Origin: Thermodesulfovibrionales bacterium
Lineage (GTDB): Bacteria; Nitrospirota; Thermodesulfovibrionia; Thermodesulfovibrionales; SM23-35
Length of the DNA stretch: 64,000 bases
Direction of reading: 5' to 3'
Assembly (NCBI GenBank): GCA_963753165.1
Contig: CAVWBP010000011.1
Location: 7,860-71,859, forward strand
The position numbers were made by a program, and so were the translations under genes. The notes under the pieces are model-generated. The model saw only the letters and a program-made list of their open reading frames with translations. It ran no database searches and was not told where the DNA came from. The first letter of the stretch is position 1; every line of letters begins with the position of its first letter. Below are positions 20,933 to 31,568 of this stretch, piece after piece.

Positions 20933-22604
20933 ATGGAACGTGAAGTTATAGAATTCGATGTTGTCTTTGTCGGCGGCGGTCCTGCCAATTTAAGCAGTGC
21001 AATTCATCTGACGAACCTCGTCCGGAAACATAATGAAGAGATTGAGAACGGGAAACAGCAGGGAGAGAAAATCGATATCGAAGACAAAATTGCGGTGCTC
21101 GAAAAAGGCGCGTATTTCGGCGCGCATAACATTTCCGGAGCAGTGCTCATCCCTGATGTGCTTTCGGAACTATTGCCTGACCATAAGCAGCTTGGCTGCC
21201 CCATTGATGCAGAGGTGGACAAGGAATCCATTTATTTTTTGACCACGAAGGGGAATATCAGAATTCCTTTTACTCCGTCAGTTCCTGAATAATCACGGCA
21301 ATTATCTTCTTTCGCTCTCCAGATTTGTCGGCTGGCTTGCTCAAATTGCGGAAAAGAACAAAGTGATGATGCTTGAGGGAACTGCCGCAGTCGAAATTCT
21401 CTATGAAGGCACAAAAGTGACCGGCGTCCGGACGGACGACAAACGTCTTCAGGAGAATGGCGAATATGAGACTCCCGGGTATATTCTGAACTCAAAGGTC
21501 GTTGTGCTGGGAGAGGGGAGCAACGGTACTTTGCGGAAAAGCATCGTTGAAAAACTGCATCTTGATCAGGGCAGGGCTCCTTCCCTCTATGAACTCGGCG
21601 TAAAAGAGATCTATGAACTGAAGAGCAATCCTCTCAAAAAGGGAGAATGTATCCATACGCTCGGATATCCGTTCCGGAAAGGACTTTCCGGCGGCGGATT
21701 TGTCTATTGTATTTCCGAGACCCAGGTTGTCATCGGGCTTATCGCTCATCTCAGTTCCGAAGACCCGCAGTTCGATCCGCACAAGGAACTTCAAAAATAC
21801 AAACAGCATCCCGCTGATTTTTAATATTATCAAGGACGGAAAGCCCACACATTACGGCGCCCGGACGCTTCCCTGCGGCGGGTATTTCTCCATCCCCAAA
21901 CTTACCTCCGACGGCGTGATGATAACCGGCGACTCCGCGAACCTTGTCGATTCGCAAAAGCTGAAAGGGTCTCCATACCTCCATAAAATCGGGAATGCTT
22001 GCGGCTGAAGTTCTCTTTGAAGCGTTCAGGACGAATGATTTCTCGGCAAACCAGCTGGCAAAGTATGAAGAGAAATTGAAAAACAGCTGGATATACTCCG
22101 ATCTCAGGAAGGGCCGCAATTTTACTCCTGCGGTTGCCATGGGAGTGCCCTTCCCGGGCGGGCTGCTTCTTGGATTCCAGATGCTTACCGGCGGGGCCAC
22201 ACCCTATCGGAGACCTGAAAACAAAACCCGATTACTCGACAACCGAGGATATGAAACATTTTTACGGCAGCAGCATCACCCGAACCGTTGCCGAGGGCGG
22301 ATGACAGAATTATTGTGAGCAAATTAACGGATGTGTATTTCTCCGGCACCGCGCATGACGAAAAGCAGAAAAGCCATATCCGGTTGAAAGATGACGCGAA
22401 ATGCAAAAAATGTATTGCAGAGTATAAGGCGCTTCCTGCACGGCGTTCTGCCCTGCGGGGGTCTATGAACTGGAAGGTGACAAAATAAGAGTGAACTTCA
22501 GCAATTGCCTGCACTGCAAGACCTGTGACCTGAAATGTCCTTTTGAGAATATCGTCTGGAACCTGCCGGAAGGCGGAGGCGGGCCGAGGTATACCCTGCA
22601 GTAA
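20933..22604 (+). CDS. Electron transfer flavoprotein:quinone oxidoreductase (several frameshifts)
   Basis: [37 protein letters not shown]-terminal [13 protein letters not shown]...PEGGGGPRY, spread over about six ORF pieces. Confidence 0.88.
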
Positions 22605-22639
22605 GAGTATAAAGGGGATGGTTCTGTTTATAGTGTGTG

Positions 22640-22879
22640 TCAGGCGCTTTTTTGATATCTTGAAGCATACCAGTCTATAACCTGACGAATCATTTTCTGA
22701 TATGAGATATCATGCTCTTTTGCCTTTTTTTTGAAAAAGTCAACGCTCGATTTTTTCAAAGCGATAGTCACCTTGACATGTTCTTCCTTTAAAACCAGCT
22801 GATCCGGTGGCGGGAGAAAGTCCTCAACGACTCTTAGCTTGCCCATTGGTTCATCGGTATATTTTATTTTGCTCTTCAT
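22640..22879 (-). CDS. BrnA/CopG-like antitoxin
   Basis: DFLPPPDQL...KVTIAL...YQKMIR; overlaps the end of the BrnT gene. Confidence 0.8.
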   Translation of the reverse strand: MKSKIKYTDEPMGKLRVVEDFLPPPDQLVLKEEHVKVTIALKKSSVDFFKKKAKEHDISYQKMIRQVIDWYASRYQKSA

Positions 22880-23141
22880 AAATCCTCCTCCCCTTTCTCC
22901 AGTATCCTGCTCCATAGATACGGATAACATTATTTCTATATGTGAATCTCACAGTCATTATGCCGTCACCGACACGGCCAATACAGTAATATCTTTCCTC
23001 TTCTTTGCTGTGAGTAATATCTTCAGCGATGACACGGTGAGGATCAAGAAATGCCTGCTGAGCCTCTGAAAAAGAAATCTTATGTTTAGACTGATTTTCC
23101 CTATCTTTCTCCTCGTCCCATTCAAAATGGGTTTTATCCAT
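22851..23141 (-). CDS. brnT: BrnT family toxin
   Basis: FEWDEEKDRENQSKHKISFSEA...HS.EEERY...IRI. Confidence 0.9.
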   Translation of the reverse strand: MDKTHFEWDEEKDRENQSKHKISFSEAQQAFLDPHRVIAEDITHSKEEERYYCIGRVGDGIMTVRFTYRNNVIRIYGAGYWRKGRRIYEEQNKIYR

Positions 23142-23296
23142 AACTATACGATACTACAGATCGGGATAATTAGCAATATATAAATATGGCAATAAATATG
23201 GAAATAGGGGGGCCACTGCGGGTTCAAGTTTGTAACCAGACCTCTCCAGCATAGTGTATGAGCTCCTTAAGAATACTGTATCTCGAAAATGAGATT

Positions 23297-23349
23297 GCCC
23301 CGATGGAGCGCAGCGGAATAGCGGTCAGGTGTAGCGCCTTGTCAGGGCG
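23297..23349 (-). other. Truncated integron attC-like site
   Basis: Minus strand GCCCTGACAAGGCGCTACACCTGACCGCTATTCCGCTGCGCTCCATCGGGGC overlaps the methyltransferase stop; resembles the left half of an attC, right half missing. Confidence 0.6.
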
Positions 23350-23992
23350 ATTTTCGCGCGATTGGCTTTATCGCAAACACATAAGCCCTTCGGCTTTCGT
23401 ACTCCACCCCGGGATATGGTTCTCTCTCGATTATCTCTATCTTTTCAAATCCACTGTCCTTCAGACAACTGGAAATGAAATCAGTAGTGAAAAACATGAA
23501 GTCTATATCGACTTTCTTGCCGAGAAACTCGTCTATATGGATTGTCTCCTCACCAATGTGGTATGTGAAAAGGAATATTCCACCCGGCTGTAATACACGA
23601 AATACTTCACGGAATGCTATCCCTGCTTGTTCTTCTGTGAAGTGGACTATAGCGTAAAAAGCTACAACACCGGCTATTGAGTCATTTTCAAATTCGAGCT
23701 CAAGGATATTTCCCTTTCGGAAGTCTATCTCCGGGTGAATTGATCTTGCCTGTTCCAGTATTTTCTCTGACAGATCCAGCCCTGAGATTTCAATGCCAAG
23801 GTTTTTCAGGTATTGTGCAGTGTGACCGGGACCACAGCCGAAATCCCATACCGGCCTTCTGTCCCCGATCTCCTGCGAGAATCTGCGGAGTATTTCCTGG
23901 TCTTTCGGTTTCTTTTCGTGTTCACCAGAAAATGCTTCTGCATATTCTTTTGCTACTGTATCGTAGAGGAACTCTACTTTGTTAGGCGTCAT
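23342..23992 (-). CDS. Class I SAM-dependent methyltransferase
   Basis: YDTVAKEYA, WDFGCGPG, GLDLSEKIL, RVLQPGG. Confidence 0.9.
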   Translation of the reverse strand: MTPNKVEFLYDTVAKEYAEAFSGEHEKKPKDQEILRRFSQEIGDRRPVWDFGCGPGHTAQYLKNLGIEISGLDLSEKILEQARSIHPEIDFRKGNILELEFENDSIAGVVAFYAIVHFTEEQAGIAFREVFRVLQPGGIFLFTYHIGEETIHIDEFLGKKVDIDFMFFTTDFISSCLKDSGFEKIEIIEREPYPGVEYESRRAYVFAIKPIARKSP

Positions 23993-24005
23993 ATAGTTAG
24001 TCAAT

Positions 24006-24353
24006 TCAATGGCTTTGCACGAACCATAAGACAACGGTAACTAGGACGCCGAGAACATACAGACTGCCAAATATGAGTTTGTTGTTTCGAGCAAGCCACT
24101 CTGGCAAGTAGATATCGAAATTGTCGCGTCGATCGGTTGTGTACCTCGCAGCAACGCCCGTTAGGGGACAATGCCCGCCAAAGATGCCTAATATTATGAT
24201 TTCGATGAATACTATGCCAATCAACCAAAACGATATTGAGTATTCGGCACGCCAGGCAATAAATGGGATGGCAACCACACAGCCTGCCAATAAGGCCCAG
24301 ATTAGGGTGTGAACTACCTTGACGGCTTTGAGCTTGCTCGAAGATGTAGTCAA
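24006..24353 (-). CDS. Small membrane protein, probable integron cassette gene
   Basis: VHTLIWA...CPLT..AARYT....NFDIYLPEWLAR with hydrophobic helices; TTG start after a GA-rich RBS; bounded by GTTAGGC and GCCTAAC. Confidence 0.7.
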   Translation of the reverse strand: MTTSSSKLKAVKVVHTLIWALLAGCVVAIPFIAWRAEYSISFWLIGIVFIEIIILGIFGGHCPLTGVAARYTTDRRDNFDIYLPEWLARNNKLIFGSLYVLGVLVTVVLWFVQSH

Positions 24354-24592
24354 TCGTTTCCCTTCCCCAGATGTAAGGATCAGTACCTGTCTAGTATCCA
24401 GTCTATTATTCCGTCCGCCTAACAATGATTATACCAACTTGGCTTTTTCCGAGCTCTTGAAAGAACATAGCATAGCAGTGATTTACTTGAAAGAGTAAAT
24501 TGTTATAGAAAATTTTCCATGGTAATGCTTTCTCTGCTGCTCCTCAAAGGGAAATTGGAACGCAGACGTTTGTTAAGGCATGAGGGTGGATT

Positions 24593-24952
24593 TTATTGAG
24601 GCCCTTCTTCCGAATATTGCTCCGCAAGAATACGAAGAAGCCGGATTAACGGTGGAAGATTCATTTGCACAGTGTCCCAAAGTATCCGGTCGCTCACTCC
24701 AAAATATTCATGAACGACAAAATTACGCATTGCCCGCATGTCATTCCAGGGAATTTCCGGTTGCGCCTGACAGATTTCATCGGGAATATGCCCGGCAGCT
24801 TCACCGATAATAATCAAATTTCTGATTACCGCATCTACAGTTTTCCTGTCGGCAGCAAAATTATCATAGGTCATCCCTGCTACATATTGTTGAACCGCAG
24901 TGATTGCATCAAGGATATCGTTGACCCGGAACAACCAGGTCCTATATTGCAT
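24593..24952 (-). CDS. HepT-like (DUF86/HEPN) ribonuclease toxin
   Basis: DAVIRNLIIIGEAA, IPWNDMRAMRNFVVHEYF (Rx4H). Confidence 0.9.
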   Translation of the reverse strand: MQYRTWLFRVNDILDAITAVQQYVAGMTYDNFAADRKTVDAVIRNLIIIGEAAGHIPDEICQAQPEIPWNDMRAMRNFVVHEYFGVSDRILWDTVQMNLPPLIRLLRILAEQYSEEGPQ

Positions 24953-25238
24953 GAATCGCTTCCTCCAGGATCCGACCTCTTATTGACTTATGCAGGGCTT
25001 CGGGAGTCACCAGGTCGACCCTGCAACCAAGCATGACCGATAACATCCTTTGCAGTCGCGCGAACTCAAATAGTCCGATATGCGCTCCGGGATCAAATTC
25101 CACGAGGAGATCTATATCGCTCAACTCTTTTTCTTCTCCACGGACAACCGAGCCAAAGAGATAGATGGTCTTTACATGAAAATCGTTAAGGCTGTCGCGG
25201 TTTTTTGTTAAGAGCGCGGTAATCTGTTCCTTTTTCAT
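24942..25238 (-). CDS. MNT nucleotidyltransferase antitoxin
   Basis: LFGSVVRGE....SDIDLLVEF, VDLVT. Confidence 0.9.
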   Translation of the reverse strand: MKKEQITALLTKNRDSLNDFHVKTIYLFGSVVRGEEKELSDIDLLVEFDPGAHIGLFEFARLQRMLSVMLGCRVDLVTPEALHKSIRGRILEEAIHAI

Positions 25239-25423
25239 ATATACTCTCCTGACTGCTTAATATTCAGCTTTTTATAAAAACCAATGACAGGTGCCAATTT
25301 TCAATAGAGAACGACAACTCAAATAGTCATCATGAACACGCCTGATAATTTATGCATTTTGCATCTAAAATTATAGATAATTTTAGCATGACACAGAGTA
25401 ATCTTGCTATAAATTAGGTTAGG

Positions 25424-25513
25424 TGGCGGAGGGGGTGAGATTCGAACTCACGGTAGGGTCGCCCCTACAACGATTTTCAAGACCGTCGCCTTAAACCGCT
25501 CGGCAACCCCTCC
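25424..25513 (-). tRNA. tRNA-Ser (anticodon TGA)
   Basis: GGAGGGG acceptor stem, CT-TGA-AA loop, long variable arm, GTTCGAATC, encoded CCA; 90 nt. Confidence 0.95.
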
Positions 25514-25670
25514 GACGTCGAAAAACAGCATACAGCACGCAGAAATCCGTTGGCGGTACACAGAAAGAAATATTAGCAGATATTATAACAGAAACTCTAT
25601 TTGACTTTTTGGGCTGAAATCATTTTAATTAATAAAATTTGTTGTAAACTATGAATACGATGAGGTACCT

Positions 25671-26297
25671 ATGAATCATTCAGCGCTTCAGTTAATCCTG
25701 CAGGCAGGAATTATTGTGAAGGGAGTCCTGCTGATCCTTCTCTTCTTCTCGGTCGTATCCTGGGCGATTATATTCTTCAAGCAGAAATACTTTTCCAGGG
25801 CGCACAAGGAATCCGAACAGTTCCTGAGGGCATACCGGTCGAGCAGGGATGCCAAGAGTCTTTTTCAGGCAACGAAGGCTTACACGATGAGTCCCATCGC
25901 AAACCTTTTCAGGATGGCATACACGGACACGGTGAAGGAAAAGAGCGAGACGAAAAGACTCCTGAAAAGATACGGCGCTCTTGAATCGGCGAAGCTTGAG
26001 AAATATCTGAATTTCCTTGCCACAACCGGTTCCACAACTCCTTTTATCGGCCTCTTCGGAACTGTCTGGGGGATCATGAACTCGTTTATGGGTATAGGCT
26101 CAGCCGGCGCCGCATCGCTTGCGGTGGTCGCCCCCGGTATCGCGGAATCGCTTATTGCCACCGCAGCGGGTCTCGCTGCCGCAATCCCGGCGGTCATCGC
26201 GTACAATTATTATCTGAGCCAGGCGAGGAGGATGATTATCGAAATGGAGGATTTCGCTGAAGAACTCCTCGATTTCTTCTCAAGGGAATCCGCATGA
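25671..26297 (+). CDS. tolQ: TolQ (MotA/TolQ/ExbB family)
   Basis: LATTGSTTPFIGLFGTVWGIM, VAPGIAESLIATAAGL. Confidence 0.93.
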   Translation: MNHSALQLILQAGIIVKGVLLILLFFSVVSWAIIFFKQKYFSRAHKESEQFLRAYRSSRDAKSLFQATKAYTMSPIANLFRMAYTDTVKEKSETKRLLKRYGALESAKLEKYLNFLATTGSTTPFIGLFGTVWGIMNSFMGIGSAGAASLAVVAPGIAESLIATAAGLAAAIPAVIAYNYYLSQARRMIIEMEDFAEELLDFFSRESA

Positions 26298-26696
26298 AGT
26301 TCACCAGAGAACGAACCGTGCATGTCAGAGATCAATGTTACCCCCTTCGTTGATGTGATGCTGGTCCTCCTTATCATCTTTATGGTGACCGCGCCCCTCC
26401 TGCAGCAGGGGATAGACGTGAACCTTCCCCAGGCAAAAGGGAAAGACCTCCCCCCTGAAGAGCGGATTACCCTCATCGTGAAAAAAGGCGGGGTTATCTA
26501 TATGAATGACAACTCCGTTTCGATCAATGAAATGGGCAGGAAACTTCAGGCGATCAGCAAGTTGAACCCGAATGTCTTTTTAAAGGCAGACAAAGATGTG
26601 CCTTACGGCTTTGTGGTTGAAGTCATGGGTGAGATCAAGGAGGCAGGCATAGAGAAGCTCGGTATGATTACGGAGCCGAAGATCAGCCTGAAATGA
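26294..26696 (+). CDS. tolR: TolR/ExbD (probable 1-nt indel near 26320; in-frame ATG at 26322)
   Basis: EINVTPFVDVMLVLLIIFMVTAP. Confidence 0.9.
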
Positions 26697-27388
26697 GGGA
26701 ACCGAGCATCCAGAGAACGGCTGCTCTTTCATTTGCCGTCCATCTTGTTGCGTTCCTCATAGTTGTCCTTGTCATGCGTCAGTCCAGCCAGATCATAATG
26801 CCTTCGCCGTACATAGTCCAGCTTGTCAACCCCGGCGCGGTGAACGGTTTTGACAGAGACGAGAGGACAGAGAGCCCCCGGGAGACACAGGCTGCTGCCC
26901 AGCCCGCAGAAACCCCAAAGAAAAATATGAAGGAGGAAAGCGCAAAGGACAAGATGGTCCGGCAGAAACTGCTCGAAGACAAGATCGCAGTCCTTGCCGC
27001 GAAGGATGCAGCGAAGAAAAAGATAGCAAAGCTCGAAAAGATAGTCAGCCTCCGCAAGGTTATCTCTCTGAAGGCGGGCAGCGTGAAGAAGACTAAAACA
27101 AATGCACAAGCGACAGGACAAGGCAAAGGGATGCCATTTGATGAGTATTATTCGAAGATTACGAAAGAGATATGGCAGGAGTGGGTTTATCCTGATATCG
27201 GCAGGAAGGACATTGAAGCGGTGATTGCGGTGAAGATATTAAAAGACGGGACAGCGATTGTGCAGAGGGTTGAGAAGAGTTCCGGCAATTCACTTTTTGA
27301 CAAATCCGCCATCAAGGCGCTCGCAAAAGCAAGCCCCCTCTCCCCGCCGCCTGATGAGATAGAACTCGGAGTGAGGTTTTATCCATGA
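26693..27388 (+). CDS. tolA: TolA/TonB-type protein
   Basis: N-terminal TM with SxxxH, charged linker, TonB-C-like SSGNSLFDKSA; position in tol operon. Confidence 0.8.
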   Translation: MREPSIQRTAALSFAVHLVAFLIVVLVMRQSSQIIMPSPYIVQLVNPGAVNGFDRDERTESPRETQAAAQPAETPKKNMKEESAKDKMVRQKLLEDKIAVLAAKDAAKKKIAKLEKIVSLRKVISLKAGSVKKTKTNAQATGQGKGMPFDEYYSKITKEIWQEWVYPDIGRKDIEAVIAVKILKDGTAIVQRVEKSSGNSLFDKSAIKALAKASPLSPPPDEIELGVRFYP

Positions 27389-28725
27389 GAAGAAAGTGGA
27401 GAGTGGCGAGTGAAGAGTGGCGAGTCGAGAGCAGAAAGTTGAAAGTTGAAAGGGTAAAGGATAGAGTTTATCTGTTCTGTTTTTTCTTTTTTTCACTCTT
27501 CACCCTCCACTCTTCACTCTTCACTTGCGAAGCAGAAGCGAAGGTCTATATCGACATCACGTCGCCGGGGCTGAAGAAGATGGCGATTGCCATACAGGAA
27601 TTCTCCGGCCCTTCAGGACATGAGGTCCCGGAGATTGTCCGGGATGACCTTGAGTTTACCGGTCTTTTCGCCCCCATAGACAAGAACGCATATCTCGAAA
27701 ATCCTGAACAACCCTTCAGTCAGAAAAACTGGACCCCACTTGGCGTTGAAGCCGTGGTAAAGGGATCAGTCAGGGGAACGACAGAGCTGCAGGTAACCAT
27801 TATGCTCTATGACGTGTATGAAGCAAAGGAGATACTGAGAAAAGAGTACCGCGCGGGGAAAGAACTCCTCCGTCCGCTTTCCCACTCGATCGCAAATGAC
27901 ATTTACTCGGCACTTACCGGCGAGAAAGGCATTTTCAGGTCAAGAATTGCGTTTGTCAGGAGCGAAAAAGAGGGGAAATCAATCTGTTCCATGGACTGGG
28001 ACGGAAACAGGATTGCGAGCATGGGATTAGAAGGGAATATCCTTCTTGCTCCCCGCTGGTCGAGAGACGCAAAACGTCTTCTGTATTCTGCCGAGAGGAA
28101 TAGACAATGGGGTATTTATTTGTTAGACTTTACGAGCATGAGAGAAAAGCAGGTGTATGCAGCGACCGGAACGAATATCGCCGGAGACTTTTTCCCTGAC
28201 GGCAGCGAGGTTGTTTTCTCTTCTTCAAAAGAGGGCACTCCTGATATCTACAGGATGGGCCTCGATTCCGGCAAGCCCGCAAGACTCACCTCATCATATG
28301 GTATTGAGGTATCCCCTTCGGTCTCTCCTGACGGACAGTATATTGCGTTTGTTTCGGACAAGGGCGGAAGTCCCCAGATTTATCTCATGCGAAAAGACGG
28401 CTCCGATGTGCGGAGGATAACCTATGAAGGTTCCTACAATACCTCGCCGTCCTGGTCGCCAAAGGGCGACAAGATCGCTTTTTCAGGCAGGACGGGCGGC
28501 AACCAGATCTTCATCATCAATCCGGACGGCACAGGGCTTGCACAGCTCACGGGGCAGGGCAATAACGAAGAGCCCTCTTTTTCTCCTGACGGAAGGTATA
28601 TCGCTTTCATGTCCGACAGGGACGGCGTCAAGGGGATCTATATCATGAGAGCGAACGGAGAAGCCCAGCAGAGAATCATCCCTAAGGGAATGAAGGCATC
28701 AGGACCGAGGTGGTCGCCAAATTAG
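27385..28725 (+). CDS. tolB: TolB beta-propeller protein
   Basis: TolB N-domain plus PD40 repeats (PSWSPKGDKIAF, SPDGRYIAF). Confidence 0.92.
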   Translation: MRRKWRVASEEWRVESRKLKVERVKDRVYLFCFFFFSLFTLHSSLFTCEAEAKVYIDITSPGLKKMAIAIQEFSGPSGHEVPEIVRDDLEFTGLFAPIDKNAYLENPEQPFSQKNWTPLGVEAVVKGSVRGTTELQVTIMLYDVYEAKEILRKEYRAGKELLRPLSHSIANDIYSALTGEKGIFRSRIAFVRSEKEGKSICSMDWDGNRIASMGLEGNILLAPRWSRDAKRLLYSAERNRQWGIYLLDFTSMREKQVYAATGTNIAGDFFPDGSEVVFSSSKEGTPDIYRMGLDSGKPARLTSSYGIEVSPSVSPDGQYIAFVSDKGGSPQIYLMRKDGSDVRRITYEGSYNTSPSWSPKGDKIAFSGRTGGNQIFIINPDGTGLAQLTGQGNNEEPSFSPDGRYIAFMSDRDGVKGIYIMRANGEAQQRIIPKGMKASGPRWSPN

Positions 28726-28824
28726 TCCCGGCTGGTGCAGGAGAGAAAGCAGGGTGAAGGTCCTTAGAATGAAGCAGTGCTTCAATAGCAAAACAACAGA
28801 GAAATCCCTTCCAAGGAGGAATAT

Positions 28825-29433
28825 ATGAAAAAGATTGCAGTATTGATTCTTCTTATTTTCGCAATTGCAGCAATCGGCTGCCAGCAGAAGAAGATCGTAA
28901 AACCGGAACAGCCACCCCAGCAGGAAACGCCTTCGCAGAAGGAGCAGGCGGCAGTTCCTCAGAAAGAATCCCCCGGATGGGAGAGGGACAAGGACAGGAC
29001 AGGGGTGAAAACCGGGGAAGAGATTACGGAACAGACGCTTGCAAAGGTGGACACCAGACAGGACCCGGCACGGTTCAAAGAAGAGAGCGGGCTGTTTGAA
29101 GATATTTATTTTGAATACGATTCATACGATATCCGGGATGAGGCAAAGCCGGTACTGCAGGGAATTGCTGCCTGGCTTCTGAAAAATGGCAAAACAAAAA
29201 TCTCTGTCGAAGGCCATTGTGATGAACGGGGCACAAACGAGTATAACCTTGCGCTTGGCGACAGAAGGGCAAAGTCAGTCCGTGACTACCTTGTTGCCCT
29301 CGGCATCGCTTCGGACAGGATCCAGATGATAAGCTACGGAGAAGAGAAACCTCTTTGCGCGGACCTGACAGACTCATGCTTCGCAAAGAACAGAAGGGCG
29401 CATTTTGTCGTGCTGAGGGAGGCAGGCAGATAG
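28825..29433 (+). CDS. pal: Peptidoglycan-associated lipoprotein
   Basis: Lipobox AIGC; EGHCDERGTNEYNLALGDRRA; SYGEEKP; NRRAHF. Confidence 0.95.
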   Translation: MKKIAVLILLIFAIAAIGCQQKKIVKPEQPPQQETPSQKEQAAVPQKESPGWERDKDRTGVKTGEEITEQTLAKVDTRQDPARFKEESGLFEDIYFEYDSYDIRDEAKPVLQGIAAWLLKNGKTKISVEGHCDERGTNEYNLALGDRRAKSVRDYLVALGIASDRIQMISYGEEKPLCADLTDSCFAKNRRAHFVVLREAGR

Positions 29434-30389
29434 TGTTTTCGAAACGGCCTCTTTCCCCTGTGCATCTCAACACGGTCTTTCATGTTCTGCTCCTCACTGC
29501 AGCGGTCACGATGCTTTCCGCGTGTGTCACGACTGATGAGATGGAAGCGTTCCGCCAGGATATCGGGAGACTGCAGAGAGATTCCTCAGCCATGCAGAAT
29601 GAGCTGAACGGGATGAAAGAGAAGACTGCGGGAGTGGCAAAAGAGGAATCGTTCAATGTCATGCGTCAGAGCCAGTCAGAGATTCAGTCCATGCTGTCCA
29701 ACGCATCGCGGGACATCCAGGTGCTGAGCGGCAGATTTGATGAGAACAAATATTTTGTCGAAAACAAGCTGAAGGAATCTTCGACCGAAACGGAACTGCT
29801 GAAAGCCCAACTCACCGCGCTGGGAGGCCAGATCAAGGAACTGAAGACCAGGATCGATACTGTTGAATCGCAGGTGAAAGAGAACAAAGCGGCGCTGAAA
29901 GAGCAATCGGAAGAAAAGGCGGGGGAGACTGAAGAGACACCCGTTCAGGCGGCGCCTGGTACGGATAAGAACGCCAAAACACAGTATGCCGACAAAAAAG
30001 CGCACTATGATGCTGCATATGCCTTATTCATAAACGCGAAATACAGCGAAGCCCGGGAAAAATTCGAACTCTTCCTTAAAACATACCCGCAGAACGAACT
30101 TTCTGATAACGCACAGTTCTGGATCGGGGAGACATATTACCGGGAGAAGGACTTCGAAAGCGCCATCCTCTCCTATGAAACGCTCCTGAAGAAGTTTCCC
30201 AAGAGCCAGAAGGGTCCCTCTGCCCTGTTGAAGCAGGGGCTTTCTTTTGTGGAAATCGGGGATCCCAAGACAGCAAAGGTAATTTTCGACCAGGTGGTAG
30301 AACGCTTCCCGGATACGAATGAAGCCCAGATCGCAAAGAAGAAAACAGACGAAATCAGCGCGAAACAGAACCTGAAAAAGAAAAAATGA
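29433..30389 (+). CDS. cpoB: Tol-pal system protein CpoB/YbgF
   Basis: Lipobox LSAC, coiled coil, TPRs (NAQFWIGETYY); follows pal. Start codon approximate. Confidence 0.85.
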   Translation: MFSKRPLSPVHLNTVFHVLLLTAAVTMLSACVTTDEMEAFRQDIGRLQRDSSAMQNELNGMKEKTAGVAKEESFNVMRQSQSEIQSMLSNASRDIQVLSGRFDENKYFVENKLKESSTETELLKAQLTALGGQIKELKTRIDTVESQVKENKAALKEQSEEKAGETEETPVQAAPGTDKNAKTQYADKKAHYDAAYALFINAKYSEAREKFELFLKTYPQNELSDNAQFWIGETYYREKDFESAILSYETLLKKFPKSQKGPSALLKQGLSFVEIGDPKTAKVIFDQVVERFPDTNEAQIAKKKTDEISAKQNLKKKK

Positions 30390-31399
30390 GCAGCCTCAGG
30401 GACGGTTTCCACCGAACCATAGATTATCTCCGCATTTCGGTCACCGACAAGTGCAATCTCCGCTGTATCTACTGCATGCCTTCCGGAGGGGTTGTGCCGA
30501 TAGAACATAAGGAAATCCTCCGGTATGAAGAGATCGCGAGAATTCTGAAAGTTGCCGCGAAAATAGGGGTGAGAAGGGTCCGTATCACAGGAGGTGAACC
30601 ACTCGTCAGAAAGGATATCGCGCGCCTCGTTCAGCTCATAAAACAGATACCCGGAATCAGTGATCTCAGTCTCACTACAAACGGTATCCTCCTCGAACAG
30701 CACGCAGAGGAACTGGCCGGAGCCGGACTCAACCGGGTGAATGTAAGCCTCGATTCCCTGTCTGCGGAAAAGTACGGGGAGATTACGAGGGGAGGGAACC
30801 TCGACGCGGTTTTGCGGGGGATACAGGCTGCTGAAAAGGCCGGGCTTGTTCCGGTAAAGATCAACATGGTTCCCATCCGGGGCATTAATGACAGCGAAAT
30901 AGAGGCGTTCGCAAAACTGACCCTCAACACTTCTTATCAGATACGGTTCATTGAATTTATGCCATTCGATTCACAGGACCTCTGGAGCCCCGAGAGGTTT
31001 GTTTCTGTAGACGAGATACGCTCCCGTGTCGGGAACATCGGAACGCTTGTGCCGGCGCCGGTGAGGAAGTCGGGCCCTGCACATTATTTCAGGCTCGAAG
31101 GCGCTCAGGGAGTAATAGGATTTATCAGTCCCCTCAGCAACCATTTCTGCGGAGAGTGCAACCGGCTTCGTATGACAGCAGATGGGAAACTGAGGCCCTG
31201 CCTTTTTTCCGAAACAGAAATCGACCTGAAACCTGCCCTGAGGCAGAACACTTCCGATGACGAAATACACCGCCTCATCATCCTTTCGGTCAAGGTAAAA
31301 CCCGAAGGCCACAATATCAGCATGCGCCAGGCCGGTCTGGAGAACCTTGTCAAGTTCATGCGAGGCTCCGGAAGACCCATGTCGAAAATCGGCGGGTAA
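30386..31399 (+). CDS. moaA: GTP 3',8-cyclase
   Basis: YLRISVTDKCNLRCIYC, TGGEP, FCGECNRLR, MSKIGG. Confidence 0.96.
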   Translation: MSSLRDGFHRTIDYLRISVTDKCNLRCIYCMPSGGVVPIEHKEILRYEEIARILKVAAKIGVRRVRITGGEPLVRKDIARLVQLIKQIPGISDLSLTTNGILLEQHAEELAGAGLNRVNVSLDSLSAEKYGEITRGGNLDAVLRGIQAAEKAGLVPVKINMVPIRGINDSEIEAFAKLTLNTSYQIRFIEFMPFDSQDLWSPERFVSVDEIRSRVGNIGTLVPAPVRKSGPAHYFRLEGAQGVIGFISPLSNHFCGECNRLRMTADGKLRPCLFSETEIDLKPALRQNTSDDEIHRLIILSVKVKPEGHNISMRQAGLENLVKFMRGSGRPMSKIGG

Positions 31400-31568
31400 A
31401 GAGAACAGGCCCCCATTCCCCCGGTAGAAGCCGGGCCTCATCCCCTCATTTGACATATCCAGGAATTTTTGCTAATAGATTAAGTGTATTAAGCTGCGTA
31501 ATATATAAATTCAGAATAGTTTTTCTGAAAAAAGCAATCTGCCGGTAACGGTAAAGGGGAGAAGAACC

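Noticed and set aside
31530..31560. c-di-GMP-I riboswitch-like GCAATCTGCCG-GTAA-CGGTA
   Set aside because: Only one short stem; the second hairpin and linker are missing and the RBS follows immediately.
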